A stretch of DNA of 64,000 nt from Candidatus Poribacteria bacterium (GTDB lineage: Bacteria; Poribacteria; WGA-4E; WGA-3G). Within the stretch, counting starts at the first letter, position 1. Each line of letters begins with the position of its first letter. The notes under the pieces are model-generated. The model did no database searches. It was not told the DNA's origin and was given only the letters and a program-made list of their open reading frames with translations. Below, one piece after another: positions 19,911-33,479 of the stretch. A program made the translations under genes and the position numbers. The stretch covers positions 1,248,001 to 1,312,000 of the forward strand of contig CAXXUA010000005.1 of assembly GCA_963663765.2 (NCBI GenBank), given 5' to 3'.

Positions 19911-20393
19911 ATGTCAAAAGAAACACAACAGAAAAACTTGTCTCGTCATTTCAATCCAGTGAAGGCAAAATTAACCTATATGGACGAATGCTTTGGACAG
20001 TTGCGAAACGGCCTTCCCGAAAATAAAGAAGATTATGTTGCAGCTGACAGGTTAACGCATTCTTATGTCAAAAGCTGCTTCCTGATGATTGTACAACGGG
20101 CAGTAGACATCAATAACGCTATAATTGAATTTAGCGGAAAGACACCACCATATCAAAAACACCAAGGTTTTCGCGTCATTAAAGAAAACGGGGCAATAGA
20201 TGCTGACACACTCATGTTCTTTGAACATGCCTTAAGTTGTTACCAAAAAATCGCTAATCCGTATGAAGGACTCTCACCGCCTGAACTCTATGATATATCC
20301 TCAGAACTCCTGAAACACGGTAAAAGTTACACACATCAGATAAAAGCGTTCTTTCAAGATGCCGATCCAACGACAGGAATTGAAACGAATTAG
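19911..20393 (+). CDS. HepT/DUF86-like HEPN protein with degenerate RNase motif
   Basis: IVQRAVDINNAII..P..GFRVIKENGAID pattern; YQKIANPY replaces R-x4-H-x-Y; SD AAGGAG before ATG 19911. Confidence 0.6.
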   Translation: MSKETQQKNLSRHFNPVKAKLTYMDECFGQLRNGLPENKEDYVAADRLTHSYVKSCFLMIVQRAVDINNAIIEFSGKTPPYQKHQGFRVIKENGAIDADTLMFFEHALSCYQKIANPYEGLSPPELYDISSELLKHGKSYTHQIKAFFQDADPTTGIETN

Positions 20394-20476
20394 ATCCTAT
20401 CCATAAAACAAGGCGGGCTAAAGTTATAACTTCAGTCCGCCTTATACATTGCTGCGACATCTAAAGTAATGTAATT

Positions 20477-21244
20477 CTAATCAAACTTTACTCTCCCGCC
20501 AGAACCTATCAATTCAATATCGGGTTTTCGTAAGATCTTCTCTTCAGGTTCTCTCTCCAATCCAGTTGGATAAAGTTTATAAGCAATTCGTTTCGGTAAG
20601 TGTAGTCCTAAATCAGCTGTCATCTCCTTCGGAGTCTTAAAAATAATTTGTCCACTCCTCTGGGTTTGATAAGCAAACCAATACTTCAAAATAGTGAGAA
20701 TCCTATTGTTATAAAGCACATTTCCTGAAGCAACATCTATCACCTTAACACGTACTTTCCCAGTTATTCTTTGCCGAGTCCGAATGTAAGTAGACGTTCC
20801 GGATATACCGGTCTGCCTGCCCTGACGCATCAAATGCTCATTGTATTCCCGACTTTCAATCCTCGGTTTCGAAATCATACCTATAATGATTATGTCTGCA
20901 TTCAGAGCTTGACCTACTTTTGCAGCGAATGCAGGAGAAGCATATACCTCTTCCAAGGTAATTCCGAGTTCGTCAATTTTCTCGCCTACAGGACGAACCT
21001 TGTCTGACTTGTCATATAGCCATTCAATGTCTTTTAATTCAAGCTCCAAATTACTTGCTAAATTACTGCTAATTCGTCTGCCAAGGTTCTTTGTTTCATC
21101 ATCTTCAGACATAAAAGGGGCAACTATAATTCGTTTTGCGGGACTAAAATTTGGCGGTGTGTCAATATTAATCTCACCGCCACCGAAACATCCAGCAATT
21201 GAAACGAGGAAAAGGGGTATTAGTAGAAAACCAAAAAAACGCAT
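20477..21244 (-). CDS. Lipoprotein, CsgG/LpoB-like alpha/beta fold
   Basis: Lipobox IAGC; IIVAPF, LNADIIIIG, VKVIDVASGNVLY. Confidence 0.6.
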   Translation of the reverse strand: MRFFGFLLIPLFLVSIAGCFGGGEINIDTPPNFSPAKRIIVAPFMSEDDETKNLGRRISSNLASNLELELKDIEWLYDKSDKVRPVGEKIDELGITLEEVYASPAFAAKVGQALNADIIIIGMISKPRIESREYNEHLMRQGRQTGISGTSTYIRTRQRITGKVRVKVIDVASGNVLYNNRILTILKYWFAYQTQRSGQIIFKTPKEMTADLGLHLPKRIAYKLYPTGLEREPEEKILRKPDIELIGSGGRVKFD

Positions 21245-21497
21245 AATATTAATATGCCTCCTTAATTAGACTTTTATTATCCTTTATTACATCATGTGTC
21301 GGTAAGGGTTTACAAGTGCACTTACCATGCACACTACTATTTAGATGGAAGCAAAACCCCTATGTCCACTAACCGGTCATTACATTCAGCACAACCCGCC
21401 TATTTCAAAGAGTTTAGCATAAATAGCAATTATAGTCAATATATTTCATATATCACAATCATGAACATACAGAAATCTATTTTTGGCATCTGAATGT

Positions 21498-22478
21498 TTA
21501 TGCAACCGCTAAAGCGCGCACTTCTCCGAATTCATGTGCTAACTTCTCCCAAGATCCACCATTGTCTTCACTCAAGAAAAGCTGTCCACTCACGCTACAA
21601 GCAATCATCAATCCATCAACACGTGGATTATAACCAAAAGTCCAAATCGTGCTATTTGCAGTCATGCCAATATCAGAACGAGCCCAACGAATTGCCGTTG
21701 CATCTCGCACATCATTTGTATCACGCATATAGAAGATACCCCCTTGGTCACCAGGAGGACCATTACCTGCTCCGATAAAAACTTTGGCATTGTCTCCGTT
21801 GAGATAGAATGCAGCACGAGTATAAGGCCACGGAAAATGATCACGAACCTTCAATGGTGTCCAATTGTGCATATCCGTAGTGATACAAACATCGTTATTT
21901 GTTGCAGCAACAAGTGTTTTTTGCTCACCTGGAACTACCGTCAGTCCATGAATATCCAAGCTGCTTAACCCCTCACTTCGTTCATCCCACGTTTTACCAC
22001 CGTCTGTGCTAAGCCGCAAACCGTCAATTTCAATACCAGCATAAACAGTCTCATGGTCCTCTGGATCAATAATGATAGTTGTTACGCGTGGAATGATCGG
22101 AATCCCTTCGCACTCTTGTGCAAGTTTCGCATCAAGATGCGTCCACGTCTCACCACCGTCTGTCGTTTTGAAAAAAGCTGACGGACAAGTACCAGCATAG
22201 ACCGTATCAGGTTCAGTCGGATGAATAGCGAGCGACCAAACTTCCCGACTGTCCATGTCACTTGGCATGTGTTCCCAAGAATTGCCACCATCTGACGTTT
22301 TGACAACCCCTTTTTCTGTTCCTGCATACAGGACATTTGAATCTGTTGGATGTACGACAATTGCACGTACATCTGCTTCTGGAAATACACCGTTACTCGC
22401 GCGCCGCCACGTTTTACCAATGTCGGTGCTTCGCCATATACTCTGGCCAATTGTTCCAGCATATAGTGTGTTCGACAT
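21498..22478 (-). CDS. BNR/Asp-box beta-propeller protein
   Basis: Repeated S/T-x-D-x-G-x-T/S-W boxes (STDIGKTW, SDGGNSW, TDGGETW, STDGGKTW, SEDNGGSW). Confidence 0.85.
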   Translation of the reverse strand: MSNTLYAGTIGQSIWRSTDIGKTWRRASNGVFPEADVRAIVVHPTDSNVLYAGTEKGVVKTSDGGNSWEHMPSDMDSREVWSLAIHPTEPDTVYAGTCPSAFFKTTDGGETWTHLDAKLAQECEGIPIIPRVTTIIIDPEDHETVYAGIEIDGLRLSTDGGKTWDERSEGLSSLDIHGLTVVPGEQKTLVAATNNDVCITTDMHNWTPLKVRDHFPWPYTRAAFYLNGDNAKVFIGAGNGPPGDQGGIFYMRDTNDVRDATAIRWARSDIGMTANSTIWTFGYNPRVDGLMIACSVSGQLFLSEDNGGSWEKLAHEFGEVRALAVA

Positions 22479-22519
22479 AAATACCCCCTAATTCATAGAA
22501 AATAACGTTCCACAAAAAA

Positions 22520-24226
22520 CTATTTTTTTAGGTCTCCTTCGTCAATAATAGTGTCACCGCGTTTGATAACCCATTCTACTGATTCTGTTTCAACTTCAGG
22601 TTTTAGATGAAAAGTATAACGATAGATCGTCCGGTCTCCTTGCTGAATATGCGCCATCGGCTCAGCACCAAAAAGTCTACGATTCTGGTAATTTAGTGTC
22701 GCAGTCAGTGAATGGATACCAACAGTTTCAGTTGGCACTGCAATAATCTCCCAATAATTCGGATGGATCGGATTCGGTAGCACACGTACGGTATAAGTAC
22801 CTAAGTTCCCCTCATACGCACTATAGTTATACGTTACAGATTGCTGTGCAAAACTCCTATTATCTACTTGCAGACTTGGCATCAGCAGGACACGCTGTAC
22901 GGCAGTACCAAAAGTAGGTATATCTAATGATGCAATACCATCAGTCGTTTTTAGCTGCAGTGATTCAACACGCACCTCACCTGTATTATATAAAAACGCA
23001 ACTTTGATATCAATAGGTGTATTGCGTTGTGTTGAAAAATTAAGGTTTAAACCTTCTTGCCCAGCAGCAGCAACCTTATATTCAATTGCATGCGAACTAA
23101 AATTAACAAGTGCCTTATTTCTGCCGTTTACAGGATACACACGATGTGTGAATACCGGTTGAATCACAGGACTAAAACTATGATACTGAAAAGAATTTTC
23201 TACAGTTCCAAGTAGACTCCATGTCGTGAGGTAATTCGCAACTTTCCAATCTGCAAATATGTTTGCAAAGGAATTCGGTTTCCCTTGTGCCATCAACGTG
23301 TCTGTTATACCCGTAATACCATCTTTCGGATTTTGAACAAGTGCCGCAAGCGTTGATATCCCACCGTAATGATCATGTAGATACAACATAAAAAAGAAAG
23401 CAGCCCCATAGTGTGATAGTAAATGTGTATCAGCCATCTGCGTCCAGTCTGTCAATGAAATGTATGGCGTTTTTTGAAAAGCTTGAATATGTTGGTAAAG
23501 GTCATAACCACATTGGAACGCCGCATATTCAGCACATCCTTCGTCTACCCAAATTTCCTCCTTAGGAGAATACTTATAGTTGATTAGGTGTTGGAACTCA
23601 TGGGCAATAACCGCTTCTGCCGTATTCGCGTTTGTAGGATAGTTTTTGGAGTCAATATAGAGAATATCTGCCTCGTTGCTATGTAAAGGACCTAATGTTG
23701 TATGATGAAGTATTCCCCGATGTTGATCAACAGGCATAAAATATCCTGCAGTGCCTTGGCTGCCACTTCTATCACGAATATTGAGAATAAGCAAAATAAC
23801 TTTTTCGTTACCATCAACATCTGGTGGTGAACCGAGGTCTTCGGATAATATGTCATATATTCCACGCTGTGGATGAGCCGGTGTTGACGTATCAAATGCC
23901 CTTTGGACTGTTTGTATCGTATGCGCATTAATGTGCACCTGCCACACCGAATCTTCAACAAAAATGTAACAGTGGGTACCACTGCCACGCAGTGTTGCAT
24001 TGATTGTATATTGCTGTTTTTGGGCAAAGTCAATTGCAAAAAATGGACGTTGGAATCCAACAGAAAGTGTGGGAGCTGCCGGGGTCGTTGGAACTGATAT
24101 CGTATCGGATGGATATTGCGGTACTATGTCCTGTTTTAGGTGAGGCGTGCCGCAACGGAACGCCTCACCTGTCGGAACTAATACGGTAAACGTTAGAAAG
24201 AGAAATGTGATAATGGTATATCGCAT
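22520..24226 (-). CDS. Secreted zinc metallopeptidase (M30/hyicolysin-like)
   Basis: Signal peptide, RCGT cysteine-switch-like motif, AHEFQHLI, WVDEGCAE. Confidence 0.8.
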   Translation of the reverse strand: MRYTIITFLFLTFTVLVPTGEAFRCGTPHLKQDIVPQYPSDTISVPTTPAAPTLSVGFQRPFFAIDFAQKQQYTINATLRGSGTHCYIFVEDSVWQVHINAHTIQTVQRAFDTSTPAHPQRGIYDILSEDLGSPPDVDGNEKVILLILNIRDRSGSQGTAGYFMPVDQHRGILHHTTLGPLHSNEADILYIDSKNYPTNANTAEAVIAHEFQHLINYKYSPKEEIWVDEGCAEYAAFQCGYDLYQHIQAFQKTPYISLTDWTQMADTHLLSHYGAAFFFMLYLHDHYGGISTLAALVQNPKDGITGITDTLMAQGKPNSFANIFADWKVANYLTTWSLLGTVENSFQYHSFSPVIQPVFTHRVYPVNGRNKALVNFSSHAIEYKVAAAGQEGLNLNFSTQRNTPIDIKVAFLYNTGEVRVESLQLKTTDGIASLDIPTFGTAVQRVLLMPSLQVDNRSFAQQSVTYNYSAYEGNLGTYTVRVLPNPIHPNYWEIIAVPTETVGIHSLTATLNYQNRRLFGAEPMAHIQQGDRTIYRYTFHLKPEVETESVEWVIKRGDTIIDEGDLKK

Positions 24227-24307
24227 CTTTCCTGACTTTTCTTGGTTGAAGACAGCACGATAACATCACTTGGCAAACCTAAAATAGCATAATTGTGTTA
24301 TATCAAA

Positions 24308-25843
24308 CTATTGCTTGAGTCGTTCCTGTAATGCACTGTTATCAGGTTCAATTGTGAGTGCTTGTTGCCAGATACGGTTCGCTTTATCAAGTTCACCATG
24401 CTTGTGGTATGCATCTCCAAGATGCATCAAGACTTCCACATTATTTGGCATCTCTTGGTTCGCATTTTCTAAAGTGGTGACAGATTCCGCTACGCGCCCT
24501 TGTTTAAAATACACCCATCCAAGACTATCAAGATATGCCCCATTTTTAGGAAATTTTTGCAAGGCACGCTTAATTAATGCCTCAGCCTCATCAAGATTGA
24601 CTCCACGCACAGCATAGAGATAACCAAGTGCATTAAGTGCATCTGCATGTGTTGGTTGGGAAGAAAGCACTTTACGGAAATACTTCTCTGCATCCTCAAA
24701 TTTATCCTTCGTTTGATAGACCGCACCGAGTAAGTATGTGGCACCTACATGGGCAGAATCGTTTTCAAGTACCTGCAAAAATAACTCTTCGGATTTTTCA
24801 TAGTCTTCAAAAAGGAAATAGACATTAGCTAATGCAAACTGCGCATCTACTAATATCTTATTGTATTGGTTGCGACGTCGTTGATTTTCTGTACGATTGA
24901 TAATTTCTAACGAAAGGAAAATCGCACGTCCAAGATATTTTTCTGCATCTTGAATAAGTTCTTCTTTATCTTTGCCTTCGCTTGGTGAATTGTCATTTTC
25001 TGTTGCAACTGCACGCTGCGCCATTTCTTGAAACACCAAACCTAAACCTAAGTTAGACCTAACGTCCTGCGGTTCTATGCTAAGAATCTGTTGATAAGTT
25101 TGCTGCGCCTCTTCCAACACTCTATTCGTCAAATAGAGGTATGCTAAAGATTTTAGTGATCTAATATCATCCGGATTGATTTTAACGACGCGCTTATATG
25201 CATCAATTGCCTCTTGTGGTTTTTCTAAACGCTGGTAGAGATCACCAAGACGACTATGAAAAGAAGGTTCAAAAGGCATGATGCGTGTTAGTGCTTTGTA
25301 GGATGTCTCTGCAATATCCAATTGACCGTTTTGGTAAGCCAAATTCCCTCGCATGTGGTGTGCCATTATATGTCCAGGATCTAATTCTGTGACTTTTCCT
25401 AATGTATCCAATACTTCTTCTATGTTTCTCCCACCTGTATGTGAAGAACGGTCTACCAAGATTTGCGCGAGCTGCCACGTTGCCTGAATATGCGATGGAT
25501 TTAATTTGAGAGCTTGACGGGTATCCAATTCTGCCCCCCGAATATCCTGCATCAAGTAAAGAAGTTTCCCACGTTTATACCAAACATAAGCAGAATCTTC
25601 AGCTTGAATTACCAACTCATCGTATATACGTTTGGCGTTAGAAATATCTTTATTAAATGCCTGAGAATAAACTGCATGCATGAGTTGTGCGTAAACCTGC
25701 TTTGACTTTTTAGATGCATCCGTTAATGGTACAAATTCTGGAGACTCAACTGTAATTTCTTCTTGCGCATCTGTTACCAACGCAATTGAAAAAAGGCACA
25801 TTGCCATGATTAAGATTATTGATATCCGTAATTTTCTTTTCAT
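24308..25843 (-). CDS. Exported TPR-repeat protein
   Basis: Signal peptide; many TPRs; ALNALGY..YLDSLGWVYFK..HLGD. Confidence 0.85.
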   Translation of the reverse strand: MKRKLRISIILIMAMCLFSIALVTDAQEEITVESPEFVPLTDASKKSKQVYAQLMHAVYSQAFNKDISNAKRIYDELVIQAEDSAYVWYKRGKLLYLMQDIRGAELDTRQALKLNPSHIQATWQLAQILVDRSSHTGGRNIEEVLDTLGKVTELDPGHIMAHHMRGNLAYQNGQLDIAETSYKALTRIMPFEPSFHSRLGDLYQRLEKPQEAIDAYKRVVKINPDDIRSLKSLAYLYLTNRVLEEAQQTYQQILSIEPQDVRSNLGLGLVFQEMAQRAVATENDNSPSEGKDKEELIQDAEKYLGRAIFLSLEIINRTENQRRRNQYNKILVDAQFALANVYFLFEDYEKSEELFLQVLENDSAHVGATYLLGAVYQTKDKFEDAEKYFRKVLSSQPTHADALNALGYLYAVRGVNLDEAEALIKRALQKFPKNGAYLDSLGWVYFKQGRVAESVTTLENANQEMPNNVEVLMHLGDAYHKHGELDKANRIWQQALTIEPDNSALQERLKQ

Positions 25844-25884
25844 TATCTTTCTCCTTTGTCAATCATCATCTAATCTTTCCAAGC

Positions 25885-28323
25885 TTAATCAGAATCCGTT
25901 TCAGAGATTTTCCCTACATCAACGAGCGTCTCATCATCTTGTAAAGTCATAAGTCTCACCCCTTGCGTAGTACGCCCAATCTGACGTATGTCACTGACAG
26001 CCATGCGTGTTATATAACCTGTTGAACTAATCAAAACAAGTTCATCTGTATTCGCAACTAACTTTGCTGACACTACTGCACCATTCCGCGCTGAACGCTT
26101 GATAGCTGTCAATCCTATACCACTACGCCGCTGTGAACGATAAGCTGATAAACCTGTCCGTTTACCATAACCATTTTCTGTAACAATAAGAAGCGAATCG
26201 TTTTCATCTGCGGAACAGACCATGTCAACAACAAAATCTTCTTCAGCAAGGCGGATACCACGAACACCTCGCGTACGTCTACCCATACTTCGAACATCCG
26301 ATTCACTAAAGCGGATAGAATTCCCATTATGACTTACCAATATAACATCGTAGTTCCCATCGGTCAGCTCCGCGCCAATTAAGAAATCGTCCGAGTCTAA
26401 ATTAATCGCTATAATTCCACTTGTAATACGATTCCGGAATTCTCCCAGTGAAGTCTTCTTGACAATCCCACGTTGCGTTGCCATCAGAATATACTGATCT
26501 TCATTAAACTCTCGGATAGGAAGAAATGCAGTGATCGTTTCCGAGTCACTCAGTTTTAACAAATTAACAGCAGCGCGGCCCGCTGCTTGGCGTGATCCTT
26601 CCGGTATCTCAAAAACTTTTAACACAAAACACTTTCCAAGACTCGTAAAAAACAATAGAGATTGATGGGCAGTCGCTATTATCAGCTGCTCCAAGAAGTC
26701 CCCATCTTTAGGATTACCACCCTTGATTCCAACACCACCACGATTTTGCTTCCGATAAGTATCTATCGGAATACGTTTGATATAGCCAGAATGTGTAAGA
26801 GTAACCACCATCTCCTCATCAGCGATCAGATCTTCCATTTCAAAACTCTTCATTTCTGAGACTATCTTCGTACGACGATCATCCCCATGCTCCTCTTTCA
26901 ATCCCTCTAATTCCGTTCGGATGATGTCAGTGACGAGATCTTCACTTTCAAGAATAGCTTGCAGTTCCGCAATAGTCTCAAGCAGCTCAGCATATTCATC
27001 GTTAATACGCTGCCGTTCTAATCCTGTCAACTGACGTAAGGTGAGTGATAACACCTCGCGGACTTGCGTGTCAGAAAACTCAAATTGCGTCTGGAGTTGA
27101 TCCATTGCTGTTTGTGGGGTTTCAGAATTTTGCACGATCTCAATCACTTCCTCTATATGCTCCAAAGCAATACGGTAACCCTCTAAAACATGTGCACGAT
27201 GTTGACACCGTGCCAAATCATACTGCGTACGTCTACGGATAACATCCCTACGATGCGCAAGGTAATGGCGCAAAATATCGGGTAACGTTAATACCTTAGG
27301 CAGCCCTTCTACAAGGCAGAGAAGATTCGCAGCAAAATAATGCTGCATCTTCGTGTGTTTGTAAAGTTGATTTAAGATAACTTGCGGCACCTCTCCACGT
27401 TTAAGTTCAATCACGATACGAATATCTTCATCAGATTCGTCTCGAATATCTGAAATACCAGTAATCGTATTCCCTACTTGATCAACCATCTGTTGAAGCA
27501 ACAAATTTTTCTTTACCTGATAAGGAATTTCAGTAACAATAATTTGCTCGCGGTCACCACGAGATTTTTCGTGAGTCATAGGCTCAATTTCCACTCTCGC
27601 ACGCACCGTCATACTACCTTTGCCGGTAGTATACATATCTTTGATGCCTGTTCTCCCAACGATAATTCCTGCTGTGGGAAAATCCGGTCCAGGCATAAAT
27701 TCAATCAACTCATCAACCGACGCTTCCGGAAAATCAAGAACATGCAACAGCACATCAACAATCTCGTTAAGATTATGTGGTGGAATCTTCGTTGAATAAC
27801 CGATACCGATTCCATCCGTGCCATTGACAAGCAAATTCGGAAGTAGACCAGGCAGAACAGTAGGTTCTTCTAAAGACTCTTTATAATTGGGTTGGAAGTC
27901 AACAGTATCCTTATCAATATCCCGAAGCAGTGTTTCAGCAATCTTTGAAAGCCGACACTCCGTGTAACGCATTGCACCCGCAGGATCATCATCAATAGAA
28001 CCAAAGTTCCCTTGTCCATCAATTAAGGGATAACGTGTACTGAACTCCTGTGCAAGCCCAACAAGCGTACCATAAATCGGACCATCACCGTGCGGATGAA
28101 AATTCTTCATTACCTCACCAACAACAGCTGCACATTTATCGTAAGGACGACTACTCGTGAGATTAATCTCACCCATCGCATAGATGATACGGCGCGCACT
28201 CGGTTTCAAACCATCCCGCACATCAGGGATTGCCCTATTCGTATTGACACTCATCGCATACGTGAGATACGAAGTCTGTAGTTCGGTTTCTATTGATCGC
28301 CTAATGATGTTTTCTTCTTGCAT
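25885..28323 (-). CDS. gyrA: DNA gyrase subunit A
   Basis: DGLKP, HPHGD, AMRYTE, GyrA-box QNRGGVG, C-terminal pinwheel repeats. Confidence 0.97.
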   Translation of the reverse strand: MQEENIIRRSIETELQTSYLTYAMSVNTNRAIPDVRDGLKPSARRIIYAMGEINLTSSRPYDKCAAVVGEVMKNFHPHGDGPIYGTLVGLAQEFSTRYPLIDGQGNFGSIDDDPAGAMRYTECRLSKIAETLLRDIDKDTVDFQPNYKESLEEPTVLPGLLPNLLVNGTDGIGIGYSTKIPPHNLNEIVDVLLHVLDFPEASVDELIEFMPGPDFPTAGIIVGRTGIKDMYTTGKGSMTVRARVEIEPMTHEKSRGDREQIIVTEIPYQVKKNLLLQQMVDQVGNTITGISDIRDESDEDIRIVIELKRGEVPQVILNQLYKHTKMQHYFAANLLCLVEGLPKVLTLPDILRHYLAHRRDVIRRRTQYDLARCQHRAHVLEGYRIALEHIEEVIEIVQNSETPQTAMDQLQTQFEFSDTQVREVLSLTLRQLTGLERQRINDEYAELLETIAELQAILESEDLVTDIIRTELEGLKEEHGDDRRTKIVSEMKSFEMEDLIADEEMVVTLTHSGYIKRIPIDTYRKQNRGGVGIKGGNPKDGDFLEQLIIATAHQSLLFFTSLGKCFVLKVFEIPEGSRQAAGRAAVNLLKLSDSETITAFLPIREFNEDQYILMATQRGIVKKTSLGEFRNRITSGIIAINLDSDDFLIGAELTDGNYDVILVSHNGNSIRFSESDVRSMGRRTRGVRGIRLAEEDFVVDMVCSADENDSLLIVTENGYGKRTGLSAYRSQRRSGIGLTAIKRSARNGAVVSAKLVANTDELVLISSTGYITRMAVSDIRQIGRTTQGVRLMTLQDDETLVDVGKISETDSD

Positions 28324-28379
28324 TTACTTCTCTTATATATAATCGTTATCGGTAGTCAACTGCCAACCATCACTATGCA

Positions 28380-28533
28380 AAGGTACTCAAGTGTCACTTA
28401 AGTACCTTGTGGGAGGGGTTTGTAACCCCGATTTCTTCGGTAGGAGTGACCCAGAGAATGCATAAATGACATTCATACCCAGGGAATGCCCTAAGGCATT
28501 CATACCGTTGATTTCTTGATTTACGGGTCGCGA
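28380..28533. repeat. Cluster of hairpins and REPs with two nested ~36-bp inserts
   Basis: AAGGTACT..AGTACCTT hairpin; GTGGGAGGGGTTTGTAACCCC; REP GGTAGGAGTGACCC..GGGTCGC split by two GAATGC..CATTCATACC(G)TTGATTT units. Confidence 0.7.
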
Positions 28534-28622
28534 AAACTCCAAATAATTAAGAACATTTTGACAATTGAATGCCTCTACATCACTATATTGTTTGAAAATC
28601 CATTTTTAACCAACACATACAA

Positions 28623-31187
<2,565 letters not shown>

Positions 31188-31458
31188 TTATAACTTATTG
31201 GTTTATCAATTATACCAATTCGGAAGTGTGAAAATGAACAAGGTTTGGATGAACAGCATGGAAAGAATATATCCGCTCGTTTTTTAACATAAAGTTATAA
31301 TATTTTATTAATTCAATAGTGTTTTTCACACCAAATAGCATTCACTAAAAATCAGCAATCTAAATTTATGTTTTCTATATTTATTATAACACAATTTACC
31401 CTTTTTGACAACTCTTTTTTTATCTATTTTGTGAAAATTATTACAATGTTTTTTATTC

Positions 31459-32034
31459 TTATTTCTTAAACCCTTTTATTTCATTGCACTGCGTAGTAAA
31501 AAGCGTTTTTAACGCATCTTTCAACTCTAAATCATTAACTATAGAGGTAGCAACTTCAATCAGTTCTTGCATTTCAGGTGGCACAGATTTTACAGAACAT
31601 TCAACCAATTCCGACCCCAATTTAGATGTATCACCATTCGGATTATTAGCAGCATTCATTTTCGCAACATTAGGGTTTAAACGAAATTGAACATCAACCA
31701 CCCTATTTTTCTTCGGAGAACCCACACTCTTTAAACTCATTTCTTCCAACTTACTTTCAAATTTTGACAAAATCTCTGTCTTCATTAGAGACAATTCATG
31801 CGCATAAGCAGGATGTGCTACCTCAACATACAAAACACCACGTTTTAAAGAAACTGGATTGGTCTGTGCTGCAATAGTCTTACCAACAACGGATTCCCAA
31901 ATGTTAAAAACACGACCCTCTTGGATTTTATCAAACCAACCGCGTTCACGCACCATAACTTCTACAACACCATGAGCCTCAACTGTCCTACGTCGTGTAT
32001 AGAAGCCTTTTATTCCTGACCGCATCACATTCAC
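31459..32034 (-). CDS. DUF721/DciA-like helicase-loading protein
   Basis: WESVVGKTIAAQT.P..LKRGVLYVEV..PAYAHELS; usual position between recF and gyrB. Confidence 0.8.
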   Translation of the reverse strand: MNVMRSGIKGFYTRRRTVEAHGVVEVMVRERGWFDKIQEGRVFNIWESVVGKTIAAQTNPVSLKRGVLYVEVAHPAYAHELSLMKTEILSKFESKLEEMSLKSVGSPKKNRVVDVQFRLNPNVAKMNAANNPNGDTSKLGSELVECSVKSVPPEMQELIEVATSIVNDLELKDALKTLFTTQCNEIKGFKK

Positions 32035-32068
32035 CTACTTAAATCAACTCTATTCCAATACAATACTT

Positions 32069-32191
32069 CAGGACTTACGCAGTTTTCTTAATTTGATCAA
32101 GAAAATTGATGAAAATGATGTAATTATGAGCATTTTTATGGGTTTCCAGCGCGCTTACAAAGCACGCCTACCGTTCGGTGCGTAAGTCCTG
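32069..32191 (-). mobile_element. MITE family A copy 2 (inverted)
   Basis: Same 13-bp TIRs; 5-bp TSD TACTT. Confidence 0.9.
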
Positions 32192-32231
32192 TACTTATTT
32201 TAAATACATTTACCATACGTAACGTTTAAAT

Positions 32232-33386
32232 TCAACTAACGATTACACCATCTTCAATCATTACAAGCTGGATATCCGACAACTCATCACCCAACACATC
32301 TTTGTCAGTAGCAGTAATAACAGTCTGCGCAGCAACACCCTGTAGATACGCTAACAAGTGTCCCCGCCTTTTCACATCCAATTCTGACAACACATCATCT
32401 AATAGAAAAAGAGGAGCGACACCGGTATCCTCGCGAATATACTCCAGTTCAGCAAGCTTTAGCGAAAGTACTATCGTTCTACACTGTCCTTGAGAAGCAT
32501 AAGTACGTGCAATTTCACGCAAAACCGTTTCACTACCATCTAATGTTTCCAAAATCAACGTAAAATCATCACGATGCGGTCCGACTAATGTTACACCGCG
32601 CCGCAATTCATCTCGCCGAACTTGGGACAACGCATCTCTAAAATGATCCGAAAGATTCGTAATATCCGAAAGTTCATTCCCTGAATAACCAAGCCCTGGA
32701 AAATACTCTAATAAAAGTCGTTCTCGTCCATCTGTCAACGACAATTGTGTCGACTCTATAACAACACTCAGACTCTTTAAAGCCGCATACCTGGCACCAA
32801 TTAACGCAACACCTGATTCAAGTAAAAACCCATCCCAAATAGGTATTTCACCAACTGTCCCCTTACCCAAACTTACCCTTTTCAGCAACGCATTTCGCTG
32901 TTCTAAAATTCCACGATACCTTAAGAGTTCCTCCAAATACTCACGACTCAATTGTGATAACAATAAATCAAGCCATCGCCGACGGAAAGACGGAGCACCT
33001 TTCACAAGATCCAAAGACTCAGGCGAAAAAACAACAACATTGATCTGACCTATCCAGTCTGAACGCTTACGTTGTAACACTCCGTCAGTCTTTAGGCGGA
33101 ACGCTCCTTGACGCGGTTTCACAACCTCAAGCCGAACTAAAGAATCCAACCGCTTTTCACTACGTAAATAACCTTTAACTGAAAAACCCTCAGATGTATG
33201 TCGTATCAACTCATTCGCAGAAGCCGCTCGATGTGATTCACCCGTACAAAGAAAATAAAGTGATTCCAAAAGACTCGTCTTTCCCATCGCATTCCTACCA
33301 ACAACTAATGCCACTGGTGAATGAAATGTTATGTCGCATTCTTTATAATTACGAAAATTCCGCAGACACAAACGTTCTAAATACAT
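32232..33386 (-). CDS. recF: DNA replication/repair protein RecF
   Basis: GRNAMGKT, GAPSFRRRWLD, GPHRDD, ASQGQ, LLDDVLSELD. Confidence 0.96.
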   Translation of the reverse strand: MYLERLCLRNFRNYKECDITFHSPVALVVGRNAMGKTSLLESLYFLCTGESHRAASANELIRHTSEGFSVKGYLRSEKRLDSLVRLEVVKPRQGAFRLKTDGVLQRKRSDWIGQINVVVFSPESLDLVKGAPSFRRRWLDLLLSQLSREYLEELLRYRGILEQRNALLKRVSLGKGTVGEIPIWDGFLLESGVALIGARYAALKSLSVVIESTQLSLTDGRERLLLEYFPGLGYSGNELSDITNLSDHFRDALSQVRRDELRRGVTLVGPHRDDFTLILETLDGSETVLREIARTYASQGQCRTIVLSLKLAELEYIREDTGVAPLFLLDDVLSELDVKRRGHLLAYLQGVAAQTVITATDKDVLGDELSDIQLVMIEDGVIVS

Positions 33387-33479
33387 TTAAACCTCATCAT
33401 CTTTTCTTTGATCTAAATCATTTACAAAATCAACAAAACAACTATAGGGAATCATTTGGAAACGAAATCTATATGGAAG

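Noticed and set aside
31211-31342. Possible further MITE shell upstream of gyrB (TATACCAATTC..GTGTGAAAA / TTTTCACAC)
   Set aside because: The inverted repeat is short and degenerate and contains no REP core; support is insufficient.
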